From Methanobacteriota archaeon (lineage in GTDB: Archaea > Thermoplasmatota > Thermoplasmata > SG8-5 > JAGLSY01): a stretch of 64,000 nt of DNA. The stretch covers positions 64,001 to 128,000 of the forward strand of contig JAEHCQ010000002.1 in assembly GCA_020696385.1 (NCBI GenBank), in the 5' to 3' direction. This document shows positions 19,479-29,949 of this stretch, piece after piece; position 1 is the first letter of the stretch, and the number at the start of each line of letters is the position of its first letter. A program made the position numbers and the translations under genes. The notes under the pieces were generated by a model. That model searched no databases and was not told where the DNA came from. It saw only the letters and a list, made by a program, of their open reading frames with translations.

Positions 19479-21677
19479 ATGAAGGATGTTAATGGAGTCA
19501 TTGAAAAATTCCAAATTATGAAATCCAGTGTCAAAAATGGCATCGGAGATATAATTTCAAAATTATCACTACAGCTGATCATTATCATTGCACTTATTTT
19601 CACCATATGCTTTGCGGTCGTTCTGATCTTATTTGGAGCAAATGGCTTTGAAATAATTAAATTCTTTGTTTATCAAATATTTTACATCCAGATACCAGGG
19701 CTTGTAGGATTGATTATCATAAAATATAAGACCACATTGATAAAGAGATTGATTGTCGGGTATGCTTTGGGACTTTTCTTTGAAATATCTACCTTTGCCA
19801 TATGGACATATTTGAATATACAATTCATGCATTATTTCTTTCTCCCAGCCATATCAATAATATTCGTTGCTCAATATCTAATAAAGCAGAAAGGGATTAG
19901 CATTCTAAAGCCAATAAAAGACCTAAAAATATCATGGGAACATAAAGTTGTTGCTATCTTCTTTTTTATTTTTGGAGTCACATTGTTTCTATTTTTTATT
20001 AAATATTTTACATTGAACCCTTTGCCAGGATCTACGAACTTCATCAATTATTATCAGGATCTGGTTTGGCATATTGGCAATACGGCGGAGATAAAGCATC
20101 ACTTCCCTCCACAGGACCCACGTGTTGCTGGCATAGGATTCAATTATTATTATTTCGTCAATCTTCACCTTGCTTCAGCTTCTGTTTTGACGAATATCAA
20201 TGTAGCTACCATTGTTTATCGTTTTTATCTAATACCATTCTTCATGTTCATTACATTGGGAATTTATGAATTAGGGAAAACAATTGGCAATAATAATTAT
20301 AAAAATGGAATCATTTCTGTTATTTTTACAATATTCACAGGTTCTCTTTCATACATTTTCATGAAATTAGGGATACAAGGAGCTGAAATGATGTTCATAT
20401 ACAATTTCTTCAGAGTATTGTATTCGAGTCCAACCTTTGTATTTGGATTGCTTTTCTTTATCCCACTACTTTGGATCTGTTTGGAAAATATCCATAAGGG
20501 TATTGGAAAGAGCTCAGTAATTATCTTTTGTGTGTTTATATTCATGAGCATTGGTTCAAAAGCAACAGTAGTACCAGTTATCTTAGGAGGTCTGGTGCTA
20601 TTATTTTTATATATCATTATTTTAAGAAGAGATCTTCTTTCCTCGATAGGTAAAATGACCATAGTGATGATTGGATGTACTCTTGCCATATTTGCACCCA
20701 TGTATTATATCATGTATTCAAAACATCAAAGCATATTGTCAATTCAGCCTCTGAATAGTATCAAAATCACATTCGCATATAGATATATAATGGACATCTT
20801 TGAAAATTCCAGCCTTGCTAATTATTCTATATTGATTATTATATTTTCTGTTATATTCGTAATAATTGGATTCTATGGTTTCCGATTATTGTTCATTGCC
20901 TCACATCTTGCCAGGATAAAGAATAAAACTGTTGATATTAATGAACTTTTCATGTTCTCAATATTTTTCGTATCTGCAATGGCAACTTACCTGATAAGTG
21001 AAAAAAGTAGTGGTGAGTATTACTTCCTAATGTATGGGCTGGTCGGATTAAATATCCTTTGTGGTATTGGCTTTATTTCACTATTTATTCAAAGCCCAAA
21101 GATCCGATTCAAGAGAGTGATGGTACTTATTACCACTATCTTGATAATAATCTCACTTTTAACGGTCTTCATGGTCCATATTTACATATCTCCCAATGAT
21201 GTGAAATATCTAACCTCGGATGAAGATGCATATCAGAAAATCTTTCCAAGACGATATGAATTACAATTATCAAAAGACCATTATGAAGCACTCAGATACC
21301 TGGAAAAGGAAACGCCCAAGGATTCAATAATATTGAGCTATAGGTTTTATAGAGAGCATGACCAGTCGCAAGCTTCACAAAGCAATGCACGTTATTTTTA
21401 TTATTCTGCTTTTTCAGAAAGGAGATTTGTACTTGAGGGATATGCTTATGGTAACATACCTTCAGATGTTTTTACTGAAAGAAAAAGTGATATCATATCA
21501 TTCTTCACCACCAATGACTCAGCTATTGCAGAAGAAATATTAATCAAATACAATGTGGATTATGTATTTGTTGACCAATGGGTCAATAACACCTTGTCTT
21601 TCGATACAGAATATATCTTATCGCTATATTATGAGAACGACACCATCAATATCTATTCGGTCAATTTAGACCCGTGA
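19479..21677 (+). CDS. Polytopic membrane protein; probable GT-C-fold lipid-donor glycosyltransferase
   Basis: More than 14 TM segments; first external loop QDLVWH...PP.DP; C-terminal soluble domain EALRYL..ETPKDS...SAFSERR...KYNVDYVFVD. AT-rich. Confidence 0.6.
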   Translation: MKDVNGVIEKFQIMKSSVKNGIGDIISKLSLQLIIIIALIFTICFAVVLILFGANGFEIIKFFVYQIFYIQIPGLVGLIIIKYKTTLIKRLIVGYALGLFFEISTFAIWTYLNIQFMHYFFLPAISIIFVAQYLIKQKGISILKPIKDLKISWEHKVVAIFFFIFGVTLFLFFIKYFTLNPLPGSTNFINYYQDLVWHIGNTAEIKHHFPPQDPRVAGIGFNYYYFVNLHLASASVLTNINVATIVYRFYLIPFFMFITLGIYELGKTIGNNNYKNGIISVIFTIFTGSLSYIFMKLGIQGAEMMFIYNFFRVLYSSPTFVFGLLFFIPLLWICLENIHKGIGKSSVIIFCVFIFMSIGSKATVVPVILGGLVLLFLYIIILRRDLLSSIGKMTIVMIGCTLAIFAPMYYIMYSKHQSILSIQPLNSIKITFAYRYIMDIFENSSLANYSILIIIFSVIFVIIGFYGFRLLFIASHLARIKNKTVDINELFMFSIFFVSAMATYLISEKSSGEYYFLMYGLVGLNILCGIGFISLFIQSPKIRFKRVMVLITTILIIISLLTVFMVHIYISPNDVKYLTSDEDAYQKIFPRRYELQLSKDHYEALRYLEKETPKDSIILSYRFYREHDQSQASQSNARYFYYSAFSERRFVLEGYAYGNIPSDVFTERKSDIISFFTTNDSAIAEEILIKYNVDYVFVDQWVNNTLSFDTEYILSLYYENDTINIYSVNLDP

Positions 21678-22809
21678 TCACTCTCTTCGTGTGCATACTG
21701 ATGTAATCAATCTCTTCTTCAGTTAAGCCGTAAAACATTGGTAGTCTGATCAATCGTTTACTTAGGTCGTCAGTAATTGGCAGGTCGCCACATTTGTCAT
21801 CCATTTTAAGACCCATTGGAGAAGAATGTAGTGGAATGTAATGGAAAACAGCATGTATCCCATTTTCATTTAGTTCTTTTAGTGTGGCATTTCGCTCTTT
21901 TTCGCTATTTAGAATCAAATAGAACATATGGTAGTTTGATTCACAATCCTTTGGTATTGACGGTAGTTGAATAAGACCCATTTCTTGCAAACCTCTAAAA
22001 TTTTCATAATAAGAATCAAAGGTCTTCTTTCTATTAGATTGGATCGGTTCCAAATTTTGAAGTTGTGCATATAGAAATCCTGCAGATAACTCAGATAATA
22101 AATAACTGGAACCTATATCTACCCAGGTATATTTATCAACTTTACCCTCAAAGAAATTTTTGCGATTCGTTCCTTTTTCTCGGATAATCTCTGCCCTTTC
22201 GAAAAATATCTCATCATTTAGTACGATCGCCCCCCCCTCTCCGCAAGTGTAATTCTTTGTCTCATGGAAGCTGTATGTTCCAATATCTCCAATCGTGCCC
22301 AAATAATCATTCTTGTATCTGCTATTCACCCCTTGTGCGGCATCTTCAATGACATATAAACCGTGATCCTTGGCAATTTTCATGATCTTATCCATATCAC
22401 ATCCGGTACCAGCATAATGAACCGGCATTATTGCCTTAGTTCTATCTGTGATGTTTTCTTCAATTAATTTTTCATCAATATTGAGTGTGTCATCACGTAT
22501 ATCTACGAATTTCGGAACACCGCCGTATAGTATAAAGGAATTAGCACTGGATACAAAGGTATAGGAGGGGCAAATAACCTCATCTCCTTTAGTAATATCC
22601 ATTAATAATGAACCTAGTTCTAATGCATGTGTACAGGAGGGTGTGAGGAGTATTTTCTTTGCAGAAAATTTCTCTTCCATGATCTTTTGGCATTTATCTG
22701 TAAATGGTCCATCTCCAGATAATTTTTCATTTTGAATTACTTTTTTCATGTGCTCGATTTCGATACCAAGAACTGGTGGTTTGTTGAATGGGATATTCAT
22801 ATTATACAC
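21661..22809 (-). CDS. wecE: dTDP-4-amino-4,6-dideoxygalactose transaminase
   Basis: IPFNKP, LSGDGPFT, LTPSCTHALE, EDAAQ, SFHETKN...GEGG, REKGTNR..F..G.VDKYTWVDIGSSYL (RffA/WecE signature). Confidence 0.92.
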   Translation of the reverse strand: MYNMNIPFNKPPVLGIEIEHMKKVIQNEKLSGDGPFTDKCQKIMEEKFSAKKILLTPSCTHALELGSLLMDITKGDEVICPSYTFVSSANSFILYGGVPKFVDIRDDTLNIDEKLIEENITDRTKAIMPVHYAGTGCDMDKIMKIAKDHGLYVIEDAAQGVNSRYKNDYLGTIGDIGTYSFHETKNYTCGEGGAIVLNDEIFFERAEIIREKGTNRKNFFEGKVDKYTWVDIGSSYLLSELSAGFLYAQLQNLEPIQSNRKKTFDSYYENFRGLQEMGLIQLPSIPKDCESNYHMFYLILNSEKERNATLKELNENGIHAVFHYIPLHSSPMGLKMDDKCGDLPITDDLSKRLIRLPMFYGLTEEEIDYISMHTKRVITGLN

Positions 22810-22822
22810 TCTTATCTGAATG

Positions 22823-23170
22823 CTAGAGGTTATAGATAACTATTCCTAAGAATATAGCCATCAATCCTACTAATCTATATTTGGTTAAGTTCTCCTTATA
22901 GAAGATATAAGCACCCATAACGACAAAAACATAATTTAAACCTGTAAAGGAAAAGGCAACCCCCAATTCCATTCTACTCAATGCTAGCAAATAAAAGATT
23001 GGAGCGATTAAAATCACAAATGCCCCCATGATGATATATTTATTAAGCATACCTTTAATGACCAAACTAACTTTTTTATCATCTGGAATAAGTCCCGCTC
23101 CCTTTTTTATAAGAAGCTGAGCGGTCACAGTTAAAGCCACCATTATAAGGATATAAGCATATTCAATCAT
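22823..23170 (-). CDS. SMR/EamA small membrane protein, ArnE/ArnF-like lipid-sugar flippase subunit
   Basis: Four TM segments; AQLL.KKG, LS..ELG.AF, F.E motif. Confidence 0.75.
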   Translation of the reverse strand: MIEYAYILIMVALTVTAQLLIKKGAGLIPDDKKVSLVIKGMLNKYIIMGAFVILIAPIFYLLALSRMELGVAFSFTGLNYVFVVMGAYIFYKENLTKYRLVGLMAIFLGIVIYNL

Positions 23171-23558
23171 TTTTATTCCCCCTTTCTCCCAGGTAAATAA
23201 TTGCAACTCCAATAGTCATAAGAGAACTGCCTATGATTTTCCAGCCTGTTATAGCCTCATTGAATATGAAATATGAGAATATTAACACCAACACATAGGA
23301 AATACTCATGAATGGATATGCAAAAGATAGATCCATTTGTCGGAGCACGAATATCCAAACAAGACCCTGAAGTATGAGGCACGTGTATCCTAAGATTATA
23401 AAGAAATTAAAAAAATCAAGAACATTAAAATTATCAATAGAAAGAGCATCTGAACCCATTTTTGCAAATATCTGGCCTAAGATCAATAAGATCAATGCCA
23501 CAAAAATCAAAAAATATTGTTTGACATGGTTTTCCATATTTTGATCTACGGAATTCAT
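23163..23558 (-). CDS. SMR/EamA small membrane protein, ArnE/ArnF-like lipid-sugar flippase subunit
   Basis: Four TM segments; GQI.AK.G, W..VL...DLS.AYP..S..YV, F.E. Confidence 0.8.
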   Translation of the reverse strand: MNSVDQNMENHVKQYFLIFVALILLILGQIFAKMGSDALSIDNFNVLDFFNFFIILGYTCLILQGLVWIFVLRQMDLSFAYPFMSISYVLVLIFSYFIFNEAITGWKIIGSSLMTIGVAIIYLGERGNKND

Positions 23559-24514
23559 ACCCATTTCTCTCCGATTATGTACTGTTTGCCATAGGACATT
23601 TCTCTTAATATCCTTCGAAGATACTCGCCGATCACACCAATAGCGATCAATATCGAGCCACTAAGGAGAGTAACAGCGACCATCAATGAATTCCACCCCA
23701 TGACACCATAGTTGGGGTCAAGCAATTTTCTTATTATTATCGTTACACCATAGCCAATGCTCAATGTGCTTATAATTACACCCATAATTCCAACAAAGGT
23801 TAGAGGGATAGAAGAGAAGTTGATGATCAGATTAAGAGAGAATTTGAACATCCTGTACAAGCCATAATTCGATTTGCCTGATTTTCGTTTCTCATGAATG
23901 ACCTCGACATTCGTGATCTTGTCCAATGGAACACTATTAGCGACAAAGGCTGGCAAATATATGTAGGAACTTTTTATCGTTGTAATATTCTCGATCGCTT
24001 CCCTGTTGTATATTACAAAGCTGGTGAGCTTGATATCTTTAGGTATCTTCAATATCTTATGATTCAGGCTTAGGAACCTATTGCTCAAAAAATTTTGAAA
24101 TCTACTATGATTTTTGGTTTTGAATCTACCATATACGACCCAATTACTATCATTTATCTTTTTGATCAATTTAGGTATCTCTTCAGGCGGATGTTGAAGA
24201 TCATCGTCCAAGGTTATTGCATATTTACCCTTGCTATGCTTTAGACCACAAAGGGTTGCATTATGCTGGCCAAAGTTCTGAATGAAATGGATCACCTTTA
24301 TTCGATCGTTCTTCGCATGCAGACTTTTTAATTTATTCCAGCTATCATCCTTGCTACAATCATCAACAAGGATTATCTCATAATCATCTGAAATGGATCT
24401 GAAAACCTCGATGATCCTGGATATGAGTAGATCGATAGTTCTCTCACTATTATATACTGGGATTATAATTGAATATTTAATATGACTATTCACAGAATTA
24501 CATCCATGCATCAA
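23555..24514 (-). CDS. GT2 polyprenyl-phosphate glycosyltransferase (ArnC/GtrB-like)
   Basis: SIIIPVYN, VDDCSKD, NFGQHNA..CG, DDDLQHPPEEIP, R..GKSNY, two C-terminal TMs, IGEYL. Confidence 0.9.
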   Translation of the reverse strand: MMHGCNSVNSHIKYSIIIPVYNSERTIDLLISRIIEVFRSISDDYEIILVDDCSKDDSWNKLKSLHAKNDRIKVIHFIQNFGQHNATLCGLKHSKGKYAITLDDDLQHPPEEIPKLIKKINDSNWVVYGRFKTKNHSRFQNFLSNRFLSLNHKILKIPKDIKLTSFVIYNREAIENITTIKSSYIYLPAFVANSVPLDKITNVEVIHEKRKSGKSNYGLYRMFKFSLNLIINFSSIPLTFVGIMGVIISTLSIGYGVTIIIRKLLDPNYGVMGWNSLMVAVTLLSGSILIAIGVIGEYLRRILREMSYGKQYIIGEKWV

Positions 24515-25440
24515 ATGTTCCTTTTCAAGGACCCTATATGATAGTTATAAAATGTATAATAAGGTTTGTATCCAATATTTATCCAGGCTCTTTGGACCAA
24601 ATAATTATTGATCTGAGTGGATGTGACTATGAACCTATCATCCTGGATACAATAGTTGGTGGCATATCTTATCATGTCCTCATAGACCTTTTTTCCTCTC
24701 ATTTTTTCACTTACTGCCGATAAGACCAATTCAATACAACTCGATTCATTTTCTATGGTCAGGAATGCCATTGGATCATCATCTACAAATGCACATATGA
24801 TCTGAGTATTTTCATCATCGATAGCATTTTTTATCCAATTCTGGTAAATTATCGGAGCCCTTTCCCTTGTAGCTGGGGCGATATGGTATTGGCTATAATA
24901 TTTTTCAAAAGATCGGTAGCCCATCTCTATTAATTCATCTCTGACCTTTTTTACACCATACATCTCCAATTCATTAATATTCAGATCTTGATTGATCTGA
25001 GCCAGTGGTTGGCTTAGATTACTTATAAAATAATTGACCGTACCACTACAAAAATTGTAAGCTAATGGAGAGCTGATCGTTCTATCTAGGAAGTTCAGAT
25101 TTTGTGATGGGATCTGGATAATATAATATTTATCTTCAATGTTCAAATTCTGTTCTAATTCATTCCACAGGTCCTCGTACAATTGCTCATATTCATCTTT
25201 AAATGTTTCTGGTGCATTGTGATAAAAAAACTTGACAAAATTTATGTCACTTCCGTATATGTCGCTTAGAATTGTTGAATGCTCCATCGAATATCCTAAT
25301 ATAGTCTCACCTTTGCTGAATATCGAGATCTTCTTTGAGCTATCATTTTTCAATTTTTCTATTTCATTAGAAATGATCTCTGGGTTTTTATTGATTATGA
25401 ATTCCGCAAATTTTTTTCTATTGAAATGATAATAGGCCAT
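24511..25440 (-). CDS. GNAT acetyltransferase, WecD/RffC-like
   Basis: C-terminal GNAT domain: AV....RGK..Y and VTSTQINN...QR.W...G. Located in the wecE operon. Confidence 0.7.
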   Translation of the reverse strand: MAYYHFNRKKFAEFIINKNPEIISNEIEKLKNDSSKKISIFSKGETILGYSMEHSTILSDIYGSDINFVKFFYHNAPETFKDEYEQLYEDLWNELEQNLNIEDKYYIIQIPSQNLNFLDRTISSPLAYNFCSGTVNYFISNLSQPLAQINQDLNINELEMYGVKKVRDELIEMGYRSFEKYYSQYHIAPATRERAPIIYQNWIKNAIDDENTQIICAFVDDDPMAFLTIENESSCIELVLSAVSEKMRGKKVYEDMIRYATNYCIQDDRFIVTSTQINNYLVQRAWINIGYKPYYTFYNYHIGSLKRNI

Positions 25441-25468
25441 TTTATCCCCCAGTACTTAATATCTTATA

Positions 25469-26188
25469 TCAATCGTCCTTAAAGTTCATCATCATCTTGT
25501 TCGCAAAGAGGTATGATTCAAAAGTTCCAGCATCTGTCCATTCACCATCCAATATGTCAAATGTCAGTTGATTTCTTTTTATATATTCATTATTCACTTG
25601 GGTGATCTCGTATTCACCTCTAGGAGATAGCCCGATATCTCGAATGATATCAAAGACCTGATCATCATACATGTAATATCCAATAACTGCATAATCACTA
25701 TCTGGCTTATCTGGCTTTTCATCAATCTTGACAATGTGGTGTTCATCAATAGCGGCAACCCCGTATCTTTCAGGTTCATCAACCTTTTTCAATAGTACTT
25801 TGGCACCTTTTTCTTGGTTGGAAAAATCCTTCACGAATTTGCTCAGGTTCTGTGTGGTGATATTGTCCCCCAGGATCACAAATATACGATCACCGCCTGC
25901 AAAATTCTCTGCCAAGGCCAAGGCATGTGCAATGCCCGAGGGAGATTCTTGAACTTTGTAAGTGAAATTGCATTGGAACTCACTACCACTGCCCAATAGA
26001 TTAACGATCTCTCCCATGTGTTCCGTGCTTGTGATGATCAATATGTCCGTAATCCCTGCTTCTACTAAGCGCTTTACAGGATTGAAGATCATCGGTTCTC
26101 TACCTATTGGCAATAAATGTTTATTAGTGACCTTGGTAAGTGGAAACAATCGAGTTCCTTTTCCTCCAGCCAACACAACACCCTTCAT
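25469..26188 (-). CDS. rmlA: Glucose-1-phosphate thymidylyltransferase
   Basis: MKGVVLAGGKGTRLFPLT..NKHLLP, ILGDN, EKP, SPRGEYEIT, WTDAGT. Confidence 0.9.
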   Translation of the reverse strand: MKGVVLAGGKGTRLFPLTKVTNKHLLPIGREPMIFNPVKRLVEAGITDILIITSTEHMGEIVNLLGSGSEFQCNFTYKVQESPSGIAHALALAENFAGGDRIFVILGDNITTQNLSKFVKDFSNQEKGAKVLLKKVDEPERYGVAAIDEHHIVKIDEKPDKPDSDYAVIGYYMYDDQVFDIIRDIGLSPRGEYEITQVNNEYIKRNQLTFDILDGEWTDAGTFESYLFANKMMMNFKDD

Positions 26189-26194
26189 AAGGAT

Positions 26195-27283
26195 TTACAT
26201 ACGATGCTTATTATTATATTTTTCGTAGCGTCCTGCCTCAATATCTTGAACCCATGAATAATTATCCAGATACCATCTTATTGTGTCTGTTATTCCATCT
26301 TCGAATTTTATTTCCGGCTTCCAGTCTGTTTTTCTTAATATTTTGCTATTATCCAATGAGTATCTAAAATCGTGCCCAGGCCTATCTTTTACAAAAGATA
26401 GCAGATCATAGTTGATTTTTTCAATATTTATATTGTGATCTATTTGATACGATTTATCATCCATAACCAGCGATCTCACTGTGTCTATTAAGATCTTTAC
26501 AATTTCGATATTTTGTTTTTCAGATCTCGCTCCTACATTGTAAATTTCACCAATTTTGCCATCATGAACTAAGGTATCAATGGCTTTGCAATGGTCTGAT
26601 ACATGGATCCAATCACGAATGTTCTTTCCATCACCATATATTGGCAATTGCTTACCGTCCAATATGTTCTTTATCATCAAAGGTATTAGTTTTTCAGGAA
26701 ATTGATGCGGGCCATAATTGTTCGAACAACGTGTGATTATCAATGGAAAATCATAGGTCTCATGGAAAGAGCCCGCGATCAAGTCTGCGGAGGCTTTCGA
26801 AGCAGAATATGGACTCCTGGGATTCAGAGGTGTGTTTTCAGTGAAATCCCCATCCTTTCCTAAAGAGCCATACACTTCATCAGTGGATATCTGGATAAAT
26901 CGAGTTCCTTCTCTGTATTCTGAATCATGGATCTGCCACATATTTTTGGCAATATTTAGTAGGTTATGGGCACCCATCACATTTGATCTAATGAAAATAT
27001 CTGAGCTTTCAATACTTCTATCAACATGAGATTCTGCAGCGAAATTAATTACAATATCTGGTGAATAATCTTCAAACAACTTAGAGACCAAAAGAGTGTT
27101 TGTAATGTCTCCACATACAAAACCAATTGATTTGGATTCAATCTCGGCCTTAATGTTCATTATATTACCAGCATAGGTCAAACTATCCAATACCATACAT
27201 TTTGCAGTAGGATCGGTCTCCACAATATGTTTCACATAATTGGAACCAATAAAGCCTGCTCCGCCACTTATTAGAAAACGCAT
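26195..27283 (-). CDS. rmlB: dTDP-glucose 4,6-dehydratase
   Basis: D.LTYAGN, NFAAESHVDRSI, ISTDEVYG, PYSASKAS.D, CSNNYGP.QFPEKLIP, DRPGHD.RY. Confidence 0.95.
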   Translation of the reverse strand: MRFLISGGAGFIGSNYVKHIVETDPTAKCMVLDSLTYAGNIMNIKAEIESKSIGFVCGDITNTLLVSKLFEDYSPDIVINFAAESHVDRSIESSDIFIRSNVMGAHNLLNIAKNMWQIHDSEYREGTRFIQISTDEVYGSLGKDGDFTENTPLNPRSPYSASKASADLIAGSFHETYDFPLIITRCSNNYGPHQFPEKLIPLMIKNILDGKQLPIYGDGKNIRDWIHVSDHCKAIDTLVHDGKIGEIYNVGARSEKQNIEIVKILIDTVRSLVMDDKSYQIDHNINIEKINYDLLSFVKDRPGHDFRYSLDNSKILRKTDWKPEIKFEDGITDTIRWYLDNYSWVQDIEAGRYEKYNNKHRM

Positions 27284-27351
27284 GAATATCATGAGTAGAA
27301 ATCTTTGTGCATATAAAATGTTTACCCAAGCATTGTTCTCTGAAGATGGTA

Positions 27352-29001
27352 TCAGGGTCTATATGTATATGCCTCAAATGCACCATTATCATAAAATTTA
27401 TTGGTTGTTACATTATCTTGAAATTGATCATAAAGGAAATTGATTCTTTTACCAACAATATTTGAAGCCAGAGCATAGTCATCAAATACTAATATTGAAT
27501 TGTTGATAAAATCTCCTCTCGCAGATAGAGCACGTATATTCCTATCTGATGCAAAACCTGTCATGACCGTAGCTCCCTGCTCAGCATATATGGTCTCATT
27601 AGTTGTTCTATTGACTAAAAAAATTGAAGCCCCCAAATTACTATCAGATATTATTGCCTCGTTCTCTACATTGAATATTGAAGACATGTTGATAATCGAT
27701 AGAAATAATAGTATAGCTACCAGAATTGGTATGAATTTCATGTTCTTCTTTAATTTTATTTTGGATGATAAAATGAACATGAACGCTAGAGGGACCAGTA
27801 TCATGAAATAGAAAAACAGACCGCGATTATGTAAATGTGAGCCAGAGTAAGCTATGGCCGCGATAAATGCTAGTGATATGCCAACTATCCAGCCAATATA
27901 AATGCCCTTCAAGTCTTTATCTCTTCTATGAACAAATAAGTACATAATCGAAAACAGACCAAATAATAAAAATAATATCAGACGGAGAGTGGATATTGGA
28001 TTCCCCAACCATCCACTAATCAAGGTGCCGAGCGTTGTCGGAAGGGTCACAATGCTATCGATAATGTAAGAAAAATCCCCAGTAAATGAATTAATACTTA
28101 TCAATGATAATGTTATAACAATGAAAATAGCCAGCATAATGAATGTCATGATGTTTGATTTGGGTGTAGAGCCCTCGACCCTCTGGATATAATGCTCTTT
28201 ATAGTAGTTCCATAGAACCATTGAGAATATAATTCCACCAAGATAAATACAAGTCGTCGGATGAGATATTATAAGGCTTAGAATAAGCAAAAGTCCTGTT
28301 ATTTGCCAGATGCGTGAAGATTTAAAATAAAGAGCGATTATGATAAGGGGAAATATGATCAGACCAATAGATTGGGGTGAGAAATGAAATTGCAACCACG
28401 CATTCATTAATATGTGGGTCAATAATGCAAGCTTTCTGACCATATCATTCTTGGAAATATGCTGAATTAATACATAGTATCCGAGTAAGAATATAATAGA
28501 TGAGAAAATTGGATAATATTTTAGAAAGTCATAAGAGTGTATGCCAGACATTTCAAGGCCTATAGCACTGTATAAGAAGGTTCCTGGCCAGCTCATATAG
28601 AGCGTTATATCTGATGAAGGTATGTGCCCATAGCTCAAGATCAATGAGACATTCTCGAAATGATTCCAAGGATCGGTAACCCTTGCATTTGGCTCTATGA
28701 GCACTGGAGTCACCCATACCATGATATTCAGTATGATTATCTGGAACATGAAAAAATATTTTGGAACACAATCGATCATTATTATGATCCCACTGATCAA
28801 ACTGAAAATTCCAAGCCAAAACCATATAGGTATGACTTGATAGAGACCAAATATATTATCTGGATGAACCCACCAGACCTGGTAAGTGGCTATCAGATAA
28901 AGCCAGAGAACGACTCCCATAAGGGTAAGGAGGGATCCCATTATCTTTCGTTGTTTAACTGATCCTTCGGTTAAAAATGGGAAAATATCCTGCCAATCCA
29001 T
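27352..29001 (-). CDS. Polytopic membrane protein, GT-C-like (DUF2206/DUF6541-like)
   Basis: About 13 TM segments; external loop R..DPW.H...I...GHI...Y..WPG; F.PQ and I.HP.T motifs; short C-terminal domain. Confidence 0.55.
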   Translation of the reverse strand: MDWQDIFPFLTEGSVKQRKIMGSLLTLMGVVLWLYLIATYQVWWVHPDNIFGLYQVIPIWFWLGIFSLISGIIIMIDCVPKYFFMFQIIILNIMVWVTPVLIEPNARVTDPWNHFENVSLILSYGHIPSSDITLYMSWPGTFLYSAIGLEMSGIHSYDFLKYYPIFSSIIFLLGYYVLIQHISKNDMVRKLALLTHILMNAWLQFHFSPQSIGLIIFPLIIIALYFKSSRIWQITGLLLILSLIISHPTTCIYLGGIIFSMVLWNYYKEHYIQRVEGSTPKSNIMTFIMLAIFIVITLSLISINSFTGDFSYIIDSIVTLPTTLGTLISGWLGNPISTLRLILFLLFGLFSIMYLFVHRRDKDLKGIYIGWIVGISLAFIAAIAYSGSHLHNRGLFFYFMILVPLAFMFILSSKIKLKKNMKFIPILVAILLFLSIINMSSIFNVENEAIISDSNLGASIFLVNRTTNETIYAEQGATVMTGFASDRNIRALSARGDFINNSILVFDDYALASNIVGKRINFLYDQFQDNVTTNKFYDNGAFEAYTYRP

Positions 29002-29013
29002 CAGTTATTCCTC

Positions 29014-29949
29014 CTATGCGACATTTACATCTATCCACAGATGGATCTCTCTATATACAGTTGGGTCATCATCCTTATATAATTCCATGGTGAGTTTATA
29101 TTGGCCTGCATAGTCTATCTGAAATGCAAAGAAGGTCTCATTAATCTGTTCATGCTCTAAGGCTATGTCATAGGAAGATAGTGTAATATTCTGTCTTTGA
29201 CCAGTGGTGTTAAGCAGACTGATAATTATTATATAGTTTGTTGATTCATACTCATGACAAACTGTCCCTATGGTTATTGTTTTAGTCTCATTAGTTGTCA
29301 TATTTAAAGGAAGATCAGTAATTCCCCTATTTTGATCCAATACATAGAACTCTGTAAAATTCTCCCCCTCCAATGGATTGGTCAAAACATATGCCAGTGT
29401 AAACCCACTGATTATCAAAGAGATCACCAGAACAATGGCTATGAACTTGTCTTCTGGTTCTTCAGCATTTTGGAATATATTTATCTTCTCCACAGGCATT
29501 GTGAAACGATCTGCCTCGGGGATCAGAGATCGTCTGTACCAGCCCATACCACATACAAAAACTATAAAAATTATCAAAAAGGCCAGAATGGGCTTAAGGG
29601 ATATCTCAGAAATGAAATTCAAGATTATACCAATAAATGCCAATATAACTATGCTCAATCCGAAACTCAATACGATCCTTTCAATTACCTTTATTCCGCG
29701 GGTGTTGGTCTCATTTCCCTTGCTATTTTCAGCTTCATACACTGTGTGATTTTCAGGCCATAAAAATGAAACAAAGGCATATCCTGGGAAAAAAATAACA
29801 ATTGGCAAAGCAAATATGATACGTATGAGATTACCACCAGGTAATAAAATGATGGAAATAGCAGAAACTAAAGACAATATAATTACTATTATCAAATCCA
29901 GGGGATAAGTGTTCTTTTTGATAATTGCAGGGATGTTAACAGGCTCCAT
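29014..29949 (-). CDS. DUF1616-domain membrane protein
   Basis: F.PGYA....LWP, ERIVLSFGLSI, E.FTEFYVL, YRE.HLWI.V. Confidence 0.85.
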   Translation of the reverse strand: MEPVNIPAIIKKNTYPLDLIIVIILSLVSAISIILLPGGNLIRIIFALPIVIFFPGYAFVSFLWPENHTVYEAENSKGNETNTRGIKVIERIVLSFGLSIVILAFIGIILNFISEISLKPILAFLIIFIVFVCGMGWYRRSLIPEADRFTMPVEKINIFQNAEEPEDKFIAIVLVISLIISGFTLAYVLTNPLEGENFTEFYVLDQNRGITDLPLNMTTNETKTITIGTVCHEYESTNYIIIISLLNTTGQRQNITLSSYDIALEHEQINETFFAFQIDYAGQYKLTMELYKDDDPTVYREIHLWIDVNVA

